Assembly: GCA_965206315.1 (NCBI GenBank)
Contig: OZ242210.1
Coordinates: 1,630,724-1,694,723 of the forward strand
DNA length: 64,000 nucleotides
Origin: Dehalococcoidia bacterium
Lineage (GTDB): Bacteria; Chloroflexota; Dehalococcoidia; Lucifugimonadales; Australimonadaceae
Direction: 5' to 3'
Positions 9,029-18,899 of this stretch are shown one piece after another. Both the position numbers and the translations under genes were made by a program. Under the pieces are notes generated by a model. It searched no databases. It had not been told where the DNA came from and saw only the letters and a list, made by a program, of their open reading frames with translations. Numbering within the stretch: the stretch's first letter is position 1; each line of letters starts with the position of its first letter.

Positions 9029-10228
9029 TTACGCGCCAACGCCGGCCAGCGACGGCACCACACCGGCCAGCTGGGGCATGAAGCGCAGCGAGTTGCCTCC
9101 GAGCAGCGCGATCTTGGCGCTCTCCGGCATCTCCTGCTCCGCGATCAGGGGTACTCCCTCCGGCCATGGACTGCCGCCGTGCGGATAGTCCGTGGAGAAC
9201 AGCCACAGGTGCTCCCCGAGGGTCTCGACCGCGTAGGGGATGTGCTGTTCGTCCGCCTCGACGGAGACGAAGAGTTGCCCGCTCTCTACGATCTCGGACG
9301 CGGTGCGCTTCATCTTTGGCGTCACGGTGGAACCCGGAGTGAAGCCGTCGTCCAGCTTCTCGATGAGGTACGGCATCCAGCCACCGAAGCTCTCAAACAG
9401 GCCGATGCGCAGGTCAGGGAACAGGTCGAAGACCCCTCCGCCAACCAAGGCCGTCAGCGCATACTGCCCTCCGATGGCGTGGTAGAGGCCGTTGGGGGCG
9501 TGCACCCACGGGGTCAGCGGGGGCCGGTTGGCGCCCCCGTGTACCCAGAGAGGCAGGTTGAGTTCCTGGCACGCCGCGTAGAGAGGGTAGAGGTCCGGGT
9601 TGTCGAGCATCCTGCCGTCGGGGCAGGCCCGCGGCAGATGCATGCCGGCGAAGTGCGGGTCCTCCTTCGCCCAGTACTCCAGCTGGGAGATGCTCTCGGG
9701 AATGTCGCGCATGGTGAGCCCGCCCATCCACCAGAGCCTCCCGTTGCCCTCGGCGCAGTAGTTGCTCATGAAGCGGTGGTAGGAGCGGTGAAGCGCACTC
9801 TCGAATCCGACGTCACCAAGCGTGCAGAAGCCGTCAGCCTGGCTGGGGAAGATGAAGCTGACGTCGACGCCCGCGACCTCCATGTCGCGCAGGCGTATCG
9901 ACGGGTCCCAGTTGCACGTAGGATCGATGTCGTAGCCTCTGCCGGTGACGGTGGGCGCCGGTCGGGCCGGGCGGTCCTGCGGGAGCGCCGGGTCTGCGAG
10001 TTCGAACGCCTCGTCCAACCCAAGGGGACGGTCGGGATGACGCGGCCAGAAGAGCGGGGTGAAGCCTACGTCGCCGGGCTTGGCCTGCCGGGAACGGACG
10101 GCCTCGCTGAACCAGGCGTACTTTTCCCGGTACTCGGGGTCCATGGTCTCCTTGTACGTCCTGTCCAGCTCCCAGTACTCCCGAAGGTGGCAGTCCGCGT
10201 CTACGACCACGTGTCCGTTGTAGCTCAT
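9029..10228 (-). CDS. Amidohydrolase family protein (Amidohydro_2)
   Basis: MSYNGHVVVDADCH, LWVHGG, FSTDYPH; AGGAG upstream. Confidence 0.88.
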   Translation of the reverse strand: MSYNGHVVVDADCHLREYWELDRTYKETMDPEYREKYAWFSEAVRSRQAKPGDVGFTPLFWPRHPDRPLGLDEAFELADPALPQDRPARPAPTVTGRGYDIDPTCNWDPSIRLRDMEVAGVDVSFIFPSQADGFCTLGDVGFESALHRSYHRFMSNYCAEGNGRLWWMGGLTMRDIPESISQLEYWAKEDPHFAGMHLPRACPDGRMLDNPDLYPLYAACQELNLPLWVHGGANRPPLTPWVHAPNGLYHAIGGQYALTALVGGGVFDLFPDLRIGLFESFGGWMPYLIEKLDDGFTPGSTVTPKMKRTASEIVESGQLFVSVEADEQHIPYAVETLGEHLWLFSTDYPHGGSPWPEGVPLIAEQEMPESAKIALLGGNSLRFMPQLAGVVPSLAGVGA

Positions 10229-10241
10229 CGCGATACTCCTC

Positions 10242-11204
10242 CTAACGCCAGTAGGCGAGGGTAACCCCATGGCCGGTCCCTGCGAGGGAACGGTAGCAGG
10301 GGACGTAGTCGATAAGGGTCATGTCCAGGTCATCCACGGCGCCCGCGAGGACGACCCAGTTGAGGATCTCCGGCGTGCCCGGGGCGCGATTGAGCCGCTC
10401 CCGCGGCAGGTAGCTCAGCGTCTCGACGTCCTTGTGCTGGAGCGCCTCGATGATCTGGCGGTCCAACTCCTCGTCGATGATCTGATGGCTGAGCCCCCCG
10501 GACGCCATGATGGCGACGCGCATATCGCTGTCCCACGACTCGATGGCGCGCCGGATCGACTGTCCCACCGTGTAGCACCGCGCTGACGTGGCCTGATGTG
10601 GGAGGTAACGGCTGAGCAGGAACGGCACGACGGGGGTGCTACGGTCGGGCAGGAACATGTCGTAGGCGAAGGTGAACGGGCCCTCGATGCCCGCTGTGGG
10701 GTCGGACTGGAAGCAGCTTGCGACGTCGATGCCGTCGGCGATGAGGCAGTGCATCAGCCGGTCCGCGAGCTCAGGGCATGTGGCGTAAGACTCCACCTGC
10801 CTGAACGTCTGCTGAGGTTCGGCTGGCTTGCGCCGACCGCTGGTCTGGTGCCCGGAGCGTTCGACCTTCGATTCAGTGTGGCTCATGTAGATGCCGAACA
10901 CCGGCTCCATGCGGTCCTGTGGAGGTACGCCGTGGGGGTTGCTGACGCACACGATGGCGTCGGGCGCGGTCTCCTGCAGGACGTTCGACATCTCCTCGAT
11001 GGCGCGCTGGATGGACTCATAGCGTTCCTGGAGTATCGCCGGATCGAGCTCACGCTCGATCTCCGGCGAGGCCGACGCGAGCACAGCGTCGAAGTCGTAT
11101 CGCGGGTCTTCCATGTCCTTCTGTCCCAGTCGCAGCCAGTCCTCCGGCTGCGACTGTATCGTCGGCCCGTGAGATGCCCCGATCCCCAGAACGATCTCCG
11201 CCAT
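10242..11204 (-). CDS. LigB-family (class III) extradiol ring-cleavage dioxygenase
   Basis: GIGASHGP, ASGGLSHQIIDEELD, EILNW, YVPCYRSLAGTG. Confidence 0.85.
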   Translation of the reverse strand: MAEIVLGIGASHGPTIQSQPEDWLRLGQKDMEDPRYDFDAVLASASPEIERELDPAILQERYESIQRAIEEMSNVLQETAPDAIVCVSNPHGVPPQDRMEPVFGIYMSHTESKVERSGHQTSGRRKPAEPQQTFRQVESYATCPELADRLMHCLIADGIDVASCFQSDPTAGIEGPFTFAYDMFLPDRSTPVVPFLLSRYLPHQATSARCYTVGQSIRRAIESWDSDMRVAIMASGGLSHQIIDEELDRQIIEALQHKDVETLSYLPRERLNRAPGTPEILNWVVLAGAVDDLDMTLIDYVPCYRSLAGTGHGVTLAYWR

Positions 11205-11222
11205 TGCTGCCCTCCTCCTCGG

Positions 11223-12320
11223 TTACGGCATCAGGGTCACGTGGATAGCGCCCGGCTCGCCCTCGCCCGCGGCGGTGTCGAGGGCATGCCTCACCTCCGG
11301 CAACGGGAACTGGTGTGTCGAGATCTCGAGCAGCTCCGGATAGCTGTCGGATGTCAGGTAGGCGATGGACTCGGACACCGACGAGTACGAGTGCCCGTGC
11401 GCCGTCTTGATGGTGATGTCCTTGCGCCGCCGCTCGCCGACCGCGCTGAGCGAGATAGGGTCGTCTCCCGCGGCGGCAAGCACCAGCGTGCATTCCTTGC
11501 TGGCGACTGCAAGCGCGTCACTGACCGCTCCCGCACCGCCCCCCGTCACGTTCACTACGACGTCGATGCCGTCGCCTCCTGTGATCTCCTGAACGCGCTC
11601 CCTGAGGTCCTCGGTCTCGATATCGATGGTGTAGTCCGCTCCGAGGCGTTTTGCCATGTCGAGACGGACGGAGTCGTGGCTCAGTCCGGTCACGATGACG
11701 CAGTCGGAGCCGGCCTGGCTCGCCGCGAAGGCGCAAGCGAGTCCCATCTGCCCCGGCCCCTGTATGAGGACGTTCTTACCGCGCTGCGCTCCGCCGTAGC
11801 GGCACGCCCACTCGATGCCGTTGGCGAGCGGGAGGTAGAGCGCCAGCACATGTACCGGGACGGGCTTGTCCACACGATGCATCACCGTGTTCCGGGGCAG
11901 GTACATATACTCGCTGAAGCCGCCCCAGATAGACGGCCAAACGTCTGTCGTCGTGGAGCCGTGCCTGAGCAGAGTTCCATAGCCGCGGTCCGTCTGATTG
12001 CAGAATCGGAACCGTCCTGTGTAGCAGTACTTGCAATGGAAGCACGGCACGTACTCTTCCGGGATGACCAGGTCGCCTTCCTTCACCCCCCAGCGTTCGG
12101 CGGCCTCTCTCCCCACGGCAGCCATCACTCCGACGTTCTCGTGTCCCATGATCCTGGGCACGGGGACGGGCTGACGGTACGATCGGACGTCGCTGCCGCA
12201 GATGCCGACGGCTTCTACTTTCATGAGCCCCGTCTCTGACGTGAGTTCGGGCACGTCGTACTCGCGGAGCTCGAACTGCTTCGGCGCCACGAGGGTGGCG
12301 GCCTGAGTCTTCGCGACCAT
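11223..12320 (-). CDS. Zinc-dependent medium-chain dehydrogenase
   Basis: CGSD, GHE, CxxCxxC...C structural Zn site, GPGQMG. Confidence 0.92.
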   Translation of the reverse strand: MVAKTQAATLVAPKQFELREYDVPELTSETGLMKVEAVGICGSDVRSYRQPVPVPRIMGHENVGVMAAVGREAAERWGVKEGDLVIPEEYVPCFHCKYCYTGRFRFCNQTDRGYGTLLRHGSTTTDVWPSIWGGFSEYMYLPRNTVMHRVDKPVPVHVLALYLPLANGIEWACRYGGAQRGKNVLIQGPGQMGLACAFAASQAGSDCVIVTGLSHDSVRLDMAKRLGADYTIDIETEDLRERVQEITGGDGIDVVVNVTGGGAGAVSDALAVASKECTLVLAAAGDDPISLSAVGERRRKDITIKTAHGHSYSSVSESIAYLTSDSYPELLEISTHQFPLPEVRHALDTAAGEGEPGAIHVTLMP

Positions 12321-12335
12321 CCTCGACCTCCCCGT

Positions 12336-13661
12336 TCAGCTGCCGATTCCGGCATAGAGCCGGGGGCGCTGGCGCTCGATGCACTCGTCGAACGTGACAT
12401 CCTTCTCTTCCACGAACTGTACGCCGACAACGGAGTACGCCTCCGGCGTGTGCGGCTCTGCCGGCTCGATGCCCTCTTGCAGGTCGATCGCCTGGCCAAG
12501 CATCAGGCGCCGGGCCTGGATGATGGCGATGTCCGTCACGCCGAGGTGCTCCTTGGTGCGATTGGCGATCGCGCCCATCGTGACCTGGGCCATCGAGTCC
12601 TGGATGCCCGTGCCGGCAAGGCCGGTGAAGTTCAGTTCCTTCTGCATCGTGCGGTCGATCAGGAAGTCGTTGTCGCGGTTGCGGATGGTCCGGTAGGTGC
12701 CGGGGATGAGTCCGCCGTGCATGTTGACTCCACCGGCGAGGTCGTGGTCCTTGGCGATCCCGGCGAGCTGGTGTTCCCGCTCTTCCTCCGTGTAGGGGCG
12801 GTCGACCCGGGAAGAGAGGTTGAATGACCAGCAGTTGTAGTCGTCGATGGGTACGAAGGCGTGTCCGCCCCCGCCGCGCGGCGTCATGGAGTAGAAGGGC
12901 ATGAGGAAGTGGTTGAAGCGCCAGTAGTACTTGTTCTCGGCTTCGAGGTTCCTGCGCGCCCCGACCAGCAGGCCGTAGTCCGTGCGCTTGGTCATGAACT
13001 TCGGCGCATCGTCCGCCGTCCGGTAGAGGAGGTCGAGGTCGGTGCTGCCCTTGATGCGCTCCTTGAAGGCGTCGGTCTTGCGGTAGCGGTCGAGGCCTGC
13101 GTGCAGGAAGTTGGTGTGGACGGAGTCGATGCCTCCGTCGATGGCTTGGGCGAAGTTGCACTCCCTGAGGTACTTGGTATGGAGCCGGTGCTCCTCCGGC
13201 ACGTCCATGAAACGGAACTGTGGGAGCTCGGGAGGCATGAACTCCCTGGGCCCGAGGTACGCCCAGATGAGCCCGCCCCCGTCTCGTATCTCATAGGACA
13301 CCAACTTGACCTTGTGCTTGAAGTTGCTCTCCGGCGACTCGGTCGGCATGTCGATGCAGTTCCCGGCCACGTCGTACTTCCAGCCGTGGTAGGGACAGCG
13401 AAGGCCGCTCTCTTCGTTGCGCCCGAAGAAGAGGCTGGTCTGCCGGTGCGCGCAGAGCTCCTCGACGAGGCCGAGCCGCCCTTCGCTGTCACGGAACGCG
13501 ATGAGATCCTCACAGAAGATGCGGACGCGCACGGGAGGACAGTCCGGCTCGGGCAGTTCCTCCTGCAGCAGGATGGGAGTCCAGTACCTCCGCAGCAGGT
13601 CGCCCATCGGAGTACCAGGGCCGACCCTCGTCAGCATCTCCGTCTGCTCGACGCTCAGCAT
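12336..13661 (-). CDS. Rieske oxygenase alpha subunit (phthalate dioxygenase/LigXa-like)
   Basis: CAHR...CPYHGWKYD; GIDSVHTNFLH; EHLGVTDIAII. Confidence 0.93.
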   Translation of the reverse strand: MLSVEQTEMLTRVGPGTPMGDLLRRYWTPILLQEELPEPDCPPVRVRIFCEDLIAFRDSEGRLGLVEELCAHRQTSLFFGRNEESGLRCPYHGWKYDVAGNCIDMPTESPESNFKHKVKLVSYEIRDGGGLIWAYLGPREFMPPELPQFRFMDVPEEHRLHTKYLRECNFAQAIDGGIDSVHTNFLHAGLDRYRKTDAFKERIKGSTDLDLLYRTADDAPKFMTKRTDYGLLVGARRNLEAENKYYWRFNHFLMPFYSMTPRGGGGHAFVPIDDYNCWSFNLSSRVDRPYTEEEREHQLAGIAKDHDLAGGVNMHGGLIPGTYRTIRNRDNDFLIDRTMQKELNFTGLAGTGIQDSMAQVTMGAIANRTKEHLGVTDIAIIQARRLMLGQAIDLQEGIEPAEPHTPEAYSVVGVQFVEEKDVTFDECIERQRPRLYAGIGS

Positions 13662-13662
13662 G

Positions 13663-14868
13663 TCAGTCCTCCTTCAGCCACTCTTCGTCCCACTCGAAGT
13701 CCGGGTTCGTGTACGCCTCCTCCGGCATGAGCGAGGTGAGCCCGCGCTTGGCCAGCTCTTCCTCGAACTTCTGCCGGATCCAGGGGTCCTGCTCGTGGAA
13801 GGGGATCATGCGCTTGGAGTCGGCGGAGGGGTTCGCGCCCGGCCGCGGCGCCCGGATGCGGAGCTGTCTGTTCTCGACGGGCCCGGCGTTCATATGCATG
13901 TGGTACCAGTGGTAGGGCGGCACGAACACAGCCCCTTCCTTCCATGGCGCGACCAGATAGTCGCCGCCCTCCGGCCACATGAGGACGAACCCGTCCGCCT
14001 CCTGGATGCCGACGATGGTGACGCCCGCCGCGTGGCGGTGGGCGGCCCGATACCTTCGCGAGGGAAGAACCATGAGGCTGGTACTGAACGCGGAGCCGGG
14101 GAAGAAGATGCCGCCTCGGTAAGAGAGGCGGCCTGCCCCGCCGCCGACCTCCAGCTTGTCCCACACCGACAGGTCGGGGAAGAAGTTGCCGTACCAGCGC
14201 ATGCTGCTCCGGCCAGCGGACCGGGAGTCCTCCGCCAGCGTACCTGTTCCTGAACCTGGCTCGTAGCCCATCGACCGGGCGCCCGACGAGAAGCTCGCCG
14301 ACCCTGAGAGGCGTACGGGTTGTGCTGCCGCCGAGTAGAACTTTGCCTGGTTCCCGTACAACTGGGTGGTGTCGACGTAGGGGTTGTTGAAGAAGTAGTC
14401 CTCGCTCGGGTTCGTGCCCATGGCCATCGGCAGCAGGTTCACGTGGAGCGTGATCGCAGGCTGATCACCTCTCGCATTGCTGAGCTCGTAGTTGTAGTTG
14501 ACCGGGATGCGGAACAGGCTGTGTTTCTGCCACTCGAAAGTGATCTTCGGCTGGCCCTCGGCCCAGACGTTCGCGATGCCGTTGCCCTCGAAGACGTAGA
14601 TGACCTCTTCGAGCGCCATGCGGAACGGAGGGATCGTCTCTCCGGGAGGAATCTCCAGTACGTGGACGTGCTCGATGCCACGGTGGCCTTCGAGGCTGAT
14701 GACGGCGGCGGGGCATCCGCGCAGCGACCAGTATCCACGTTCGAGGGTGCGGGCGTCCTCAACGTAGTATCCCCTGTGGACGGGAACATCCTGCTTGGCC
14801 AACCAGCCGTCGTAGGCGTGGTTGCGCCAGAAGTCGACTATCTCGGGAAGGGCGGGTTCTGTGACCAT
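13663..14868 (-). CDS. Bicupin protein (gentisate dioxygenase-like/cupin superfamily)
   Basis: Start MVTEPAL with GGAGG; two cupin barrels, the second with AHRH...WYHMH metal ligands. Confidence 0.75.
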   Translation of the reverse strand: MVTEPALPEIVDFWRNHAYDGWLAKQDVPVHRGYYVEDARTLERGYWSLRGCPAAVISLEGHRGIEHVHVLEIPPGETIPPFRMALEEVIYVFEGNGIANVWAEGQPKITFEWQKHSLFRIPVNYNYELSNARGDQPAITLHVNLLPMAMGTNPSEDYFFNNPYVDTTQLYGNQAKFYSAAAQPVRLSGSASFSSGARSMGYEPGSGTGTLAEDSRSAGRSSMRWYGNFFPDLSVWDKLEVGGGAGRLSYRGGIFFPGSAFSTSLMVLPSRRYRAAHRHAAGVTIVGIQEADGFVLMWPEGGDYLVAPWKEGAVFVPPYHWYHMHMNAGPVENRQLRIRAPRPGANPSADSKRMIPFHEQDPWIRQKFEEELAKRGLTSLMPEEAYTNPDFEWDEEWLKED

Positions 14869-14946
14869 AGGACCTCCTCTTGTTGACGCCGCGCCTGGGC
14901 GAGTACCAGAGGCCCTGAGAGGGCGCAGCGAGCGCTGCTCGCTCGG

Positions 14947-14992
14947 ACGGTACGACGCTGTCCGTGCACTGTCAAATGAGCGTTGTGCACTG
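14947..14992 (-). promoter_or_regulatory. Sigma70 promoter for the leftward catabolic operon with overlapping GTGCACTG direct repeats
   Basis: TTGACA(14975-14970)-N17-TACCGT(14952-14947); gtgcactg at 14964 and 14985. Confidence 0.65.
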
Positions 14993-15112
14993 GTAGCCAC
15001 AGCCTCCTGCTGTATTGCGTATTCCGTCTGACTGAAGAGTAACGACGCCGAAAATCGAAGTACTGGTACCACTACCGCAGGGCAGAGTCTCGTTTCCCAG
15101 CCCGCTGCAGGT

Positions 15113-15141
15113 TTGAATTCACACTGAGGGCGGGCTACGAT
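15113..15141 (+). promoter_or_regulatory. Putative sigma70 promoter for the rightward operon
   Basis: TTGAAT-N17-TACGAT about 30 nt before the ATG at 15173. Confidence 0.55.
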
Positions 15142-15172
15142 TCGGGCGTCCTTCGAGGGTAGAGGAGGATGC

Positions 15173-16327
15173 ATGACAACGTCGATTCCGAGCGACCAGG
15201 AGATACGCATATCGGGGGACTCCCACGTATCCGAACCGCCCGACCTGTGGGAGAAGGAGATGCCGCCCAGGTATCGCGACCGCGCGCTCCGCTTTCCCCG
15301 CATCGAGTACGGCCGGGGGAACCACGCACGTGCGGGAGGGTGGGACCCGAAGGAGCGGCTGAAGGACATGGCCGCCGACGGCATCAGCGCCGAGGTGCTC
15401 TACCCTACGTTGGCCAAGGGGCTCTTCGAGCAGTTCTTCTTCGAGCCGGTGGACCTGCCGCTCGGCCAGGCCGGAGAACAGGTCTACAACGACTGGATGA
15501 TGGACTTCTGCAAGGAGGCACCGGACCGGCTGTGGGGCCAGGCGTTCATCGGGCTCTGGGACATCGACTACGCCATCAGGGAGATGCAGCGTGCGAAGGA
15601 CGGCGGCCTCAAGGGGGTCGCGACCTGGATAGCCCCGCCTGACGGCATCCCCTTCACCGGCGATCACTACGAGCGGTTCTGGTCGGCGGCGGAAGAGATG
15701 GATATGCCCATCGGCTGGCACATCAACACGGGCTTCGGCGCCTACGTTACGCGGGGCGGCGAGGACCGTTTCGGAACGTTCATTCGTCAGGCCTATGGGC
15801 ACAAGGTTGTAGCCATGCAGGCCGTAGCGGAGATGATCTTTGCGGGTGTGCTGCACAGGCATCCTCGACTGAAGATCGTGCTCTCCGAGTTCGAGGTGGG
15901 CTGGATCCCGTTCTACCTCGAAGATCTGGACCGCAAGTCGGGAAGGGGCAGAGACCTGGGACTCGACCTCCTGCCCAGCGAGTACTTCAGCCGCCAGGTC
16001 TACTCGACGTTCATGCAGGACGGGGTCGGGGGCTACCTGCTCCAGCGGTGGGGCGCCGACAACTTCGTCTACGCGAACGATTACCCGCACGGGGGCGGCA
16101 TCTGGCCCTACACGGACGACACGATCGAACTCACCCTGAGCGACCTGCCGTCCGAGACACGGCGGAAAGTACTCGGCGAGACGATGGCGAAGGTGTACGG
16201 TCAGCCCATGCCGGAGCCTATCGAGCGCATGGAGTCGGACTACACAGACGAGATCTGGAACCGTCCCTGGCTCAAGAAGGCCGGGGAGTTCACCTTCGAC
16301 AAGCACACGATGGGACTGAAGATGTAG
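15173..16327 (+). CDS. Amidohydrolase family protein (Amidohydro_2)
   Basis: ISGDSHVSEPPDLW, AEVLYPT, YANDYPH; GGAGG SD. Confidence 0.92.
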   Translation: MTTSIPSDQEIRISGDSHVSEPPDLWEKEMPPRYRDRALRFPRIEYGRGNHARAGGWDPKERLKDMAADGISAEVLYPTLAKGLFEQFFFEPVDLPLGQAGEQVYNDWMMDFCKEAPDRLWGQAFIGLWDIDYAIREMQRAKDGGLKGVATWIAPPDGIPFTGDHYERFWSAAEEMDMPIGWHINTGFGAYVTRGGEDRFGTFIRQAYGHKVVAMQAVAEMIFAGVLHRHPRLKIVLSEFEVGWIPFYLEDLDRKSGRGRDLGLDLLPSEYFSRQVYSTFMQDGVGGYLLQRWGADNFVYANDYPHGGGIWPYTDDTIELTLSDLPSETRRKVLGETMAKVYGQPMPEPIERMESDYTDEIWNRPWLKKAGEFTFDKHTMGLKM

Positions 16328-16348
16328 CGCCGCTCGTTCAGGAGGAGT

Positions 16349-17386
16349 ATGTCGGATACGGTCCGTATCGGCATAGTCGGGGCCGGCGGGTTCACACGCC
16401 GCCGCATTCTTCCCAACCTGCTCGCTGTCGAGGGAGCGGAAGTGGTGGCCGTCGCCAACCGCAGCCTCGAAAGCGCCGAGCGGGTCGCGGCCGAGTTTGG
16501 CATCCCCGTTCCGATGGGCGATTGGCGTGAGTTGGTGGTGCGAGACGATATCGACGCGGTCTTTGTCGGCACGCAGCCCTACTTCCACTACGAGGCCGTC
16601 ATGGCGGCGCTCGACGCGGGGAAGCACGTGCTCTGCCAGACGCGGATGGCCACGAGCCTTGCGCAGGCGCGGGAGATGCTGGCCAGGGCCGAAGAGACGG
16701 GCCTGAAGGCTCGCCTCGTGCCGCCGACCTCGTATGAGCACGCCCGCCGCTACGTGAAGCATCTGCTGGACGACGGCTACGTCGGCACGGTTCGCCAGGT
16801 GTTCGCCTACTACCTCGTCCCCGACTATGCGGACGGCTCGGCTCCGCTGCAGCGTCGGCAGGACCATCGCATGTTCGGCGCGCTCAACCCGCTGCACCTC
16901 GGCCTCGACTGGGACGTGCTCCGGCTCTGGTTTGGCGACCCCGAGCGTGTCCTTGCCTGGGGGCGCACGTTCGTATCGCGGCGAGCCGAAGGGCCGGGCG
17001 GCGAGCCTATCGATGTCGAGATGCCGGACGCCCTGACCGTCATCGCTGAGATGCCGGGAGGCGCCACTGTCACCTGCGTTCAGAGCGGCGTGACGCTCTT
17101 CGGCGAGGAGCGTGTCGAGATCTACGGGGAAGAGGGAACGTTGGTCTACCCGCGGAGAGGCGAGTTGCTGGGCGCTCGCAGGGGCGACGATGAACTGGCC
17201 CCGCTACCGGTCCCTACCGGTTTGGAAGAGACGTGGCACGCGGAAGAGGACTTCATACGCCTCGTGCGCGGGGAGGACGTCGCAGAGAACGACACCTTCC
17301 GAGACGGCGTGAAGAACATGGAGTTCCTTGAGGCCTCAGCGCTCTCGCTCTCCCGGGGCGGGTGGGTTGACCTACCCTTACCCTGA
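16349..17386 (+). CDS. Gfo/Idh/MocA family oxidoreductase
   Basis: GIVGAGG Rossmann motif, DIDAVFVGT, AGKHVLC. Confidence 0.9.
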   Translation: MSDTVRIGIVGAGGFTRRRILPNLLAVEGAEVVAVANRSLESAERVAAEFGIPVPMGDWRELVVRDDIDAVFVGTQPYFHYEAVMAALDAGKHVLCQTRMATSLAQAREMLARAEETGLKARLVPPTSYEHARRYVKHLLDDGYVGTVRQVFAYYLVPDYADGSAPLQRRQDHRMFGALNPLHLGLDWDVLRLWFGDPERVLAWGRTFVSRRAEGPGGEPIDVEMPDALTVIAEMPGGATVTCVQSGVTLFGEERVEIYGEEGTLVYPRRGELLGARRGDDELAPLPVPTGLEETWHAEEDFIRLVRGEDVAENDTFRDGVKNMEFLEASALSLSRGGWVDLPLP

Positions 17387-17394
17387 GCGTGATC

Positions 17395-17433
17395 CCTTCC
17401 CCCTTGATGGGGGAAGGTTAGGATGAGGGTGAA
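17395..17433. repeat. REP-like palindromic element (CCTTCCCCC-N5-GGGGGAAGG-ttaggatgagggtgaa)
   Basis: Perfect 9-bp inverted repeat with purine-rich tail, placed right after a stop codon. Confidence 0.55.
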
Positions 17434-17485
17434 CCGTCTAGGGTATGCGGATGGTTACGCAGAGGTTCATACGAAGGAGGGAACG

Positions 17486-18265
17486 ATGGCGAGGCTCACG
17501 GTCGCAGACCTGCACGAGATGAAACGCAACGGACAGAAGATCGCCGCTGCGGTCGTCTACGAGTTCCAGATGACGAAGATATGCGAGATGGCCGGTGTGG
17601 ATGTGCTGTCGGTCGGCGATAGCCTGGGTCGGAACATGCTCGGGCACGACCACGTCGACGAGTGCACCGTGGACGACATGATCCCCTTCGCGCGGGCGGT
17701 CGTACGTGGCAGGGAGCGGGCCATCGTGAGTGTGGATATGCCCACCGTGCCCTCCGCTGCCGGAGTGGAGGCCGTGGCCGCAGCGGCCAAACGCTTCAAG
17801 GAAGAAGCGGGTGTGGACATGTGCAAGATCGATATCCGGACGCACGAGGAAGAGCTCTTCGATGAGGTCTACGCCGTCCAGGAGGTCGGCCTGCACGCCT
17901 ATCCCCAGATCGGCTTCCCCACGCAGGGGGCGGCTCGCGGGATCCAGGGCGGGGCGGAGGTCCACGAATACGTCCAGAAGTGGGCACACAAGATCGAAGA
18001 AGCGGGCGCCGCCATGATCGACCTCACGAACGTGACGCCAGACATCTACGCAGACGTCTGCTCCAGCCTCCGCATCCCCGTCATCGGCGGGCAGGCGCCG
18101 CCGGAGGCCGACGGCAAGATCCAGGTGATGGTGAGCGGGACGGGCTACTCCTACGCCACCATCGGCCGTGACGATGGGCGCCCGGACGGCGCCAAGTTCA
18201 TGTACGACGTGATGAAGTCGATCATCGACAGCATCCACGCCGGCAACTGGACGACGCGCCAGTAA
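17486..18265 (+). CDS. panB: PanB-like (ketopantoate hydroxymethyltransferase family) protein, divergent
   Basis: LSVGDSLG, TVDDMI, VDMP motifs; AAGGAGG SD before MARLTV; several PanB active-site positions differ. Confidence 0.7.
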   Translation: MARLTVADLHEMKRNGQKIAAAVVYEFQMTKICEMAGVDVLSVGDSLGRNMLGHDHVDECTVDDMIPFARAVVRGRERAIVSVDMPTVPSAAGVEAVAAAAKRFKEEAGVDMCKIDIRTHEEELFDEVYAVQEVGLHAYPQIGFPTQGAARGIQGGAEVHEYVQKWAHKIEEAGAAMIDLTNVTPDIYADVCSSLRIPVIGGQAPPEADGKIQVMVSGTGYSYATIGRDDGRPDGAKFMYDVMKSIIDSIHAGNWTTRQ

Positions 18266-18279
18266 CCCTCGGAGGGTTG

Positions 18280-18825
18280 ATGCCTGCTCCGAGCGACAGC
18301 ATCTGGCTCATCACCGGCATACCGGGCGCCGGGAAGAGTTCGGTTGCGAGGGAACTGGCGAGGCAACTCTCCAGCTCGGCTCACGTCGAGGTTGATCTGC
18401 TCCGGGAGATGGTGGTGTCCGGCAACCTGGGGCCCGGCGAGGAGCCGCTGGCTGAATCCGGTCGGCAACTGGAGCTGGGTGCCCACAACGCGGCGCTCCT
18501 CGCGGACTCCCTGATGGACGCAGGGTTCACGCCTATCGTTGACGACGTCGTTCTCCAACCGCAGTTCGCGCGCTACCGGGAGGCGCTCACCCGCTGGCCC
18601 CTTCGCCTGGTCGTGCTGGCGCCGCCCGTCGAGGTCGCGCTCGAACGTGACCGGGGACGAGCGGAGAAGCACGTGGCGAACAGGTTCGCCTACCTGGACG
18701 CTGAACTGCGGAAGCAGATGGGAGGCTTGGGCCTCTGGCTGGACACGTCGGAGATGAGCGTGGCGAAGACGGTCGAGGCCATCATCCGGCGGGCGGATGA
18801 GGCGTTCGTTCGCTCCCTCCATTGA
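18280..18825 (+). CDS. Small P-loop kinase (AAA_33/phosphotransferase-like)
   Basis: LITGIPGAGKSS Walker A; ERDRGR lid; LDTS. Confidence 0.8.
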   Translation: MPAPSDSIWLITGIPGAGKSSVARELARQLSSSAHVEVDLLREMVVSGNLGPGEEPLAESGRQLELGAHNAALLADSLMDAGFTPIVDDVVLQPQFARYREALTRWPLRLVVLAPPVEVALERDRGRAEKHVANRFAYLDAELRKQMGGLGLWLDTSEMSVAKTVEAIIRRADEAFVRSLH

Positions 18826-18899
18826 CGCTTCTGCCCCGTCACTGGGCGGTCGGCGAGGCGTCTTCATGGCTAGGCGTCGGACCCGGGGCGGGCTAGGAT

